Shown: positions 57,401-64,000 of the stretch, in pieces | Position numbering within the stretch: position 1 is the first letter of the stretch | Layout of the letters: each line of letters starts with the position of its first letter | From: Eledone cirrhosa | Lineage: Eukaryota | NCBI GenBank assembly: GCA_964016885.1 | Contig: OZ024744.1 | Location: forward strand, 20,894,001-20,958,000 | DNA length: 64,000 nucleotides | Direction: 5' to 3' | The notes under the pieces: model-generated | What the model was told of the DNA's origin: nothing | The model's input: only the letters and a program-made list of their open reading frames with translations | The model's database searches: none | Made by a program: the position numbers and the translations under genes

Positions 57401-58853
57401 CAACAGTTGAATCTTAAGAACTGACTCGTTTTAACAACAGCTGAATCTTAAGATAAAACTCGTTTTAACAACAGTTGAATCTTAAGTTAAGACTCGTTTT
57501 AACAACAGTTGAATCTTAAGAACTGACTCGTTTTAACGACAGCTGAATCTTAAGACAAAACCCGTTTTAACAACAGTTGAATCTTAAGAACTGTCTCGTT
57601 TTAACAACAGTTGAATCTTAAGATAAACCTCGTTTTAACAACAGTTTAATCTTAAGAACTGACTCGTTTTAACAACAGTTGAATCTTAAGACAAAACTCG
57701 TTTTAACAACAGTTGAATCTTAAGAACTGACTTGTTCTAACAACAGTTCAGCCTTAAGAACTGACTCGTTTTAAAACAGTTGAATCGTTAGAACTGACTC
57801 GTTTTAACAACAGTTGAATCTTAAAATAAAACTCGTTTTAACAATAGTTGAATCTCAAGAACTGACTCGTTTTAGCAACAGTTGAATCTTAAGATAACAC
57901 TCGTTTTCATAACAGTTGAATCTCAAGAACTGTCTCGTTTTAACAACAGTTGACTTTTAAGATAAACCTCGTTTTGACAACAGTTGAATCTTAAGAACTG
58001 ACTCGTTTTAACAACAGTTAAATCTTAATAACTGACTCGTTTTAACAACAGTTGCATGTTAAGATAAAACTCGTTTTAACAATAGTTGAATCTTAAGAAC
58101 TGACTCGTTTTAACAACAGTTGAATCTTAAGATAAAACTCGTTTTAACAACTGTTGAATCTTAAGAACTGACTTGTTTTAACAACAGCTGAATCTTAAGA
58201 TAAAACTCGTTTTAACAACAGTTGAATCTTAAGAACTGACTCGTTTTAACAACAGTTGAATCTTAAGAACTGACTCGTTTTAACAACAGTTGAATGTTAA
58301 GATAAAACCCGTTTTAACAATAGTGGAATCTTAAGAACTGACTCGTTTTAACAACAGTTGAATCTTAAGATAAAACTAGTTTTAACAACAGTTGAATCTT
58401 AACAACTGACTCGTTTTAACAACAGCTGAATCTTAAGATAAAACTCGTTTTAACAACAGTTCAAACTTAAGAAATGACTCGTTTTAACAAAAGTTGAATC
58501 TTATGAACTCACTCATTGTAACAACAGTTGAATCTTAAGATAACATTCGTTTTAACAACAGTTGAATCTTAAGAACTCATTCGTTTTAACAACAGTTGAA
58601 TCTTAAGATAAAACTCGTTTTAACAACACGTGAATCTTAATAACGGACTCGTTTTAACAACACCTGAATCTTAAGATAAAACTCGTTTTAACAACAGTTG
58701 AATCTTAAGAACTGATTCGTTTTAACAACAGTTCAAACTTAAGAACTGACTCGTTTTAACAACAGTTGAATCTTATGAACTGACTCATTTTAACAACAGT
58801 TGAATCTTAAGATAACATTCGTTTTAACAACAGTTGAATCTTAAGAACTGACT
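51483..58853. repeat. Tandem duplication, period 3,668 bp (108 monomers -4 bp), apparently identical copies
   Basis: Private variants at offset 3668: TTTTAGAAACAG 51661/55329, GAACAGTCTCG 53141/56809, CTGACCCG 53311/56979. AAAACTAG and TAATAACGGAC also occur in both copies. Junction lies within 55151-55185. Confidence 0.95.
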
Positions 58854-61047
58854 CGTTTTAACAACAGTTGAATCTTAAGACAAAACCCGTTTTAACAACA
58901 GTTGAATCTTAAGAACTGTCTCGTTTTAACAACAGTTGAATCTTAAGATAAACCTCGTTTTAACAACAGTTTAATCTTAAGAACTGACTCGTTTTAACAA
59001 CAGTTGAATCTTAAGACAAAACTCGTTTTAACAACAGTTGAATCTTAAGAACTGACTTGTTCTAACAACAGTTCAGCCTTAAGAACTGACTCGTTTTAAA
59101 ACAGTTGAATCGTTAGAACTGACTCGTTTTAACAACAGTTGAATCTTAAAATAAAACTCGTTTTAACAATAGTTGAATCTCAAGAACTGACTCGTTTTAG
59201 CAACAGTTGAATCTTAAGATAACACTCGTTTTCATAACAGTTGAATCTTAAGAACTGTCTCGTTTTAACAACAGTTGAATTTTAAGATAAACCTCGTTTT
59301 GACAACAGGTGAATCTTAAGAACTGACTCGTTTTAACAACAGTTAAATCTTAATAACTGACTCGTTTTAACAACAGTTGAATGTTAAGATAAAACTCGTT
59401 TTAACACTAGTTGAATCTTAAGAACTGACTCGTTTTAACAACAGTTGAATCTTAAGATAAAACTCGTTTTAACAACTGTTGAATCTTAAGAACTGACTCG
59501 TTTTAACAACAGCTGAATCTTAAGATAAAACTCGTTTTAACAACAGTTGAATCTTAAGAACTGACTCGTTTTAACAACAGTTGAATCTTCAAATAAAACT
59601 CGTTTTAACAACAGTTGAATCTTAAGAACTGACTCGTTTTAACAACAGTTGAATGTTAAGATAAAACTCGTTTTAACAATAGTGGAATCTTAAGAACTGA
59701 CTCGTTTTAACAACAGTTGAATCTTAAGATAAAGCTCGTTTTAACAACAGTTGAATCTTAAGAACTGACTCGTTTTAACAACAGCTGAATCTTAAGATAA
59801 AACTCGTTTTAACAACAGTTCAAACTTAAGAAATGACTCGTTTTAACAAAAGTTGAATCTTATGAACTCACTCATTTTAACAACAGTTGAATCTTAAGAT
59901 AAAATTCGTTTTAACAACAGTTGAATCTTAAGAACTGATTCGTTTTAACAACAGTTGAATCTTAAGATAAAACTCGTTTTAACAACACGTGAATCTTAAG
60001 AACGGACTCGTTTTAACAACACCTGAATCTTAAGATAAAACTCGTTTTAACAACAGTTGAATCTTAAGAACTGATTCGTTTTAACAACAGTTCAAACTTA
60101 AGAACTGACTCGTTTTAACAACAGTTGAATCTTATGAACTGACTCATTTTAACAACAGTTGAATCTTAAGATAACATTCGTTTTAACAACAGTTGAATCT
60201 TAAGAACTGACTCGTTTTAACAACAGTTGAATCTTAAAGATAAAACTCGTTTCGACAACAGTTGAATCTTAAGAACTGACTCGTTTTAACAACAGCTGAA
60301 TCTTAAGATAAAACTCGTTTTAACAACAGTTGAATCTTAAGATAAAACTCGTTTTAACAACAGTTGAATCTTATGAGCTAACTCATTTTAACAACAGTTG
60401 AATCTTAAGTTAAGACTCGTTTTAACAACAGTTGAATCTTAAGAACTGACTCGTTTTAACAACAGCTGAATCTTAAGATAAAACTCGTTTTAACAACAGT
60501 TGAATCTTAAGAACTGACTCGTTTTAACAACAGCTGAATCTTAAGATAAAACTCGTTTTAACAACAGTTGAATCTTAAGTTAAGACTCGTTTTAACAACA
60601 GTTGAATCTTAAGAACTGACTCGTTTTAACGACAGCTGAATCTTAAGACAAAACCCGTTTTAACAACAGTTGAATCTTAAGAACTGTCTCGTTTTAACAA
60701 CAGTTGAATCTTAAGATAAACCTCGTTTTAACAACAGTTTAATCTTAAGAACTGACTCGTTTTAACAACAGTTGAATCTTAAGACAAAACTCGTTTTAAC
60801 AACAGTTGAATCTTAAGAACTGACTTGTTCTAACAACAGTTCAGCCTTAAGAACTGACTCGTTTTAAAACAGTTGAATCGTTAGAACTGACTCGTTTTAA
60901 CAACAGTTGAATCTTAAAATAAAACTCGTTTTAACAATAGTTGAATCTCAAGAACTGACTCGTTTTAGCAACAGTTGAATCTTAAGATAACACTCGTTTT
61001 CATAACAGTTGAATCTCAAGAACTGTCTCGTTTTAACAACAGTTGAC

Positions 61048-64000
61048 TTTTAAGATAAACCTCGTTTTGACAACAGTTGAATCTTAAGAACTGACTCGTT
61101 TTAACAACAGTTAAATCTTAATAACTGACTCGTTTTAACAACAGTTGAATGTTAAGATAAAACTCGTTTTAACAATAGTTGAATCTTAAGAACTGACTCG
61201 TTTTAACAACAGTTGAATCTTAAGATAAAACTCGTTTTAACAACTGTTGAATCTTAAGAACTGACTTGTTTTAACAACAGCTGAATCTTAAGATAAAACT
61301 CGTTTTAACAACAGTTGAATCTTAAGAACTGACTCGTTTTAACAACAGTTGAATCTTCAAATAAAACTCGTTTTAACAACAGTTGAATCTTAAGAACTGA
61401 CTCGTTTTAACAACAGTTGAATGTTAAGATAAAACCCGTTTTAACAATAGTGGAATCTTAAGAACTGACTCGTTTTAACAACAGTTGAATCTTAAGATAA
61501 AACTCGTTTTAACAACAGTTGAATCTTAACAACTGACTCGTTTTAACAACAGCTGAATCTTAAGATAAAACTCGTTTTAACAACAGTTCAAACTTAAGAA
61601 ATGACTCGTTTTAATAAAAGTTGAATCTTATGAACTCACTCATTGTAACAACAGTTGAATCTTAAGATAACATTCGTTTTAACAACAGTTGAATCTTAAG
61701 AACTGATTCGTTTTAACAACAGTTGAATCTTAAGATAAAACTCGTTTTAACAACACGTGAATCTTAAGAACGGACTCGTTTTAACAACACCTGAATCTTA
61801 AGATAAAACTCGTTTTAACAACAGTTGAATCTTAAGAACTGATTCGTTTTAACAACAGTTCAAACTTAAGAACTGACTCGTTTTAACAACAGTTGAATCT
61901 TATGAACTGACTCATTTTAACAACAGTTGAATCTTAAGATAACATTCGTTTTAACAACAGTTGAATCTTAAGAACTGACTCGTTTTAACAACAGCTGAAT
62001 CTTAAGATAAAACTCGTTTTAACAACAGTTGAATCTTAAGAACTGACTCGTTTTAACAACAGCTTCATCTTAAGATAAAACTCGTTTTAACAACAGTTGA
62101 ATCTTAAGATAAAACTCGTTTTAACAACAGTTGAATCTTAAGAACTGACTCTTTTTAACAACAGTTGAATCTTAAGATAAGACTCGTTTTAACAACAGTT
62201 GAATCTTATGAGCTAACTCATTTTAACAACAGTTGAATCTTAAGTTAAGACTCGTTTTAACAACAGTTGAATCTTAAGAACTGACTCGTTTTAACAACAG
62301 CTGAATCTTAAGATAAAACTCGTTTTAACAACAGTTGAATCTTAAGAACTGACTCGTTTTAACAACAGCTGAATCTTAAGATAAAACTCGTTTTAACAAC
62401 AGTTGAATCTTAAGTTAAGACTCGTTTTAACAACAGTTGAATCTTAAGAACTGACTCGTTTTAACGACAGCTGAATCTTAAGACAAAACCCGTTTTAACA
62501 ACAGTTGAATCTTAAGAACTGTCTCGTTTTAACAACAGTTGAATCTTAAGATAAACCTCGTTTTAACAACAGTTTAATCTTAAGAACTGACTCGTTTTAA
62601 CAACAGTTGAATCTTAAGACAAAACTCGTTTTAACAACAGTTGAATCTTAAGAACTGACTTGTTCTAACAACAGTTCAGCCTTAAGAACTGACTCGTTTT
62701 AAAACAGTTGAATCGTTAGAACTGACTCGTTTTAACAACAGTTGAATCTTAAAATAAAACTCGTTTTAACAATAGTTGAATCTCAAGAACTGACTCGTTT
62801 TAGCAACAGTTGTATCTTAAGATAACACTCGTTTTCATAACAGTTGAATCTTAAGAAATGTCTCGTTTTAACAACAGTTGAATTTTAAGATAAACCTCGT
62901 TTTGACAACAGTTGAATCTTAAGAACTGACTCGTTTTAACAACAGTTAAATCTTAATAACTGACTCGTTTTAACAACAGTTGAATGTTAAGATAAAACTC
63001 GTTTTAACAATAGTTGAATCTTAAGAACTGACTCGTTTTAACAACAGTTGAATCTTAAGATAAAACTCGTTTTAACAACTGTTGAATCTTAAGAACTGAC
63101 TTGTTTTAACAACAGCTGAATCTTAAGATAAAACTCGTTTTAACAACAGTTGAATCTTAAGAACTGACTCGTTTTAACAACAGTTGAATCTTCAAATAAA
63201 ACTCGTTTTAACAACAGTTGAATCTTAAGAACTGACTCGTTTTAACAACAGTTGAATGTTAAGATAAAACCCGTTTTAACAATAGTGGAATCTTAAGAAC
63301 TGACTCGTTTTAACAACAGTTGAATCTTAAGATAAAACTCGTTTTAACAACAGTTGAATCTTAACAACTGACTCGTTTTAACAACAGCTGAATCTTAAGA
63401 TAAAACTCGTTTTAACAACAGTTCAAACTTAAGAAATGACTCGTTTTAATAAAAGTTGAATCTTATGAACTCACTCATTGTAACAACAGTTGAATCTTAA
63501 GATAACATTCGTTTTAACAACAGTTGAATCTTAAGAACTGATTCGTTTTAACAACAGTTGAATCTTAAGATAAAACTCGTTTTAACAACACGTGAATCTT
63601 AAGAACGGACTCGTTTTAACAACACCTGAATCTTAAGATAAAACTCGTTTTAACAACAGTTGAATCTTAAGAACTGATTCGTTTTAACAACAGTTCAAAC
63701 TTAAGAACTGACTCGTTTTAACAACAGTTGAATCTTATGAACTGACTCATTTTAACAACAGTTGAATCTTAAGATAACATTCGTTTTAACAACAGTTGAA
63801 TCTTAAGAACTGACTCGTTTTAACAACAGCTGAATCTTAAGATAAAACTCGTTTTAACAACAGTTGAATCTTAAGAACTGACTCGTTTTAACAACAGCTT
63901 CATCTTAAGATAAAACTCGTTTTAACAACAGTTGAATCTTAAGATAAAACTCGTTTTAACAACAGTTGAATCTTAAGAACTGACTCTTTTTAACAACAGT
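61048..64000. repeat. Tandem duplication, period 1,835 bp (54 monomers -1 bp); second copy truncated by the window end
   Basis: TTAATAAAAG variant at 61615/63450 and AGCTTCATCT at 62061/63896, both at offset 1835. Confidence 0.9.

Larger units (their letters stand above)
1..64000. repeat. Tandem satellite array, 34-bp monomer in two types (A/B) forming a 68-bp dimer; ~1,880 monomers, head-to-tail, running off both window ends
   Basis: Every line consists of variants of AACAACAGTTGAATCTTAAGA(ACTG|TAAA)ACTCGTTTT. Example: type A at 778-811, type B at 812-845. No unique sequence or inverted monomers seen. 64000/34 gives about 1,880 copies. Confidence 0.99.

Noticed and set aside
1-64000. Repeat-encoded protein ORF on either strand
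   Set aside because: Each monomer has two TTAA motifs, giving TAA on both strands, plus TGA. The 34-bp period rotates the frame, so all six frames close within a few monomers.
1-64000. Five monomers = 170 bp, close to a nucleosome-length satellite unit
   Set aside because: No 5-mer or 10-mer periodicity is visible among the variants; the observed sub-kb period is the 68-bp dimer.
1-64000. Telomeric repeat, plasmid iterons, or piggyBac-type insertions at TTAA
   Set aside because: No G-rich strand asymmetry, no rep gene or unique origin sequence, and no inserted element or terminal inverted repeats at any TTAA.
1-64000. Whole array as a sequencing or amplification concatemer artefact
   Set aside because: Variants are shared in ordered, nested patterns at several divergence levels, which indicates real evolutionary history. 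Only the youngest duplications remain open to assembly error.

Overview
The whole 64 kb window is one uninterrupted, single-orientation tandem array (satellite DNA, about 29% GC) of a 34-bp monomer, roughly 1,880 copies. I find no genes, RNA genes, transposons or CRISPR spacers. Two monomer types mostly alternate to give a 68-bp dimer: A = AACAACAGTTGAATCTTAAGA-ACTG-ACTCGTTTT and B = AACAACAGTTGAATCTTAAGA-TAAA-ACTCGTTTT. The monomer is an imperfect palindrome with TTAA dyad axes every 17 bp. Diagnostic variant monomers show a nested higher-order repeat (HOR) hierarchy: a recurring ~1.5 kb cassette (~42 copies), tandem duplications of 1,359, 1,769, 1,835 and 3,668 bp, older ~6-7 kb and ~13.4 kb periods, and a near-identical >=20.4 kb duplication at a ~25.1-25.4 kb offset. 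This architecture resembles eukaryotic (peri)centromeric or heterochromatic satellite, but organism and function cannot be determined from the sequence. I found no protein-coding system. Coordinates and counts were read by eye.
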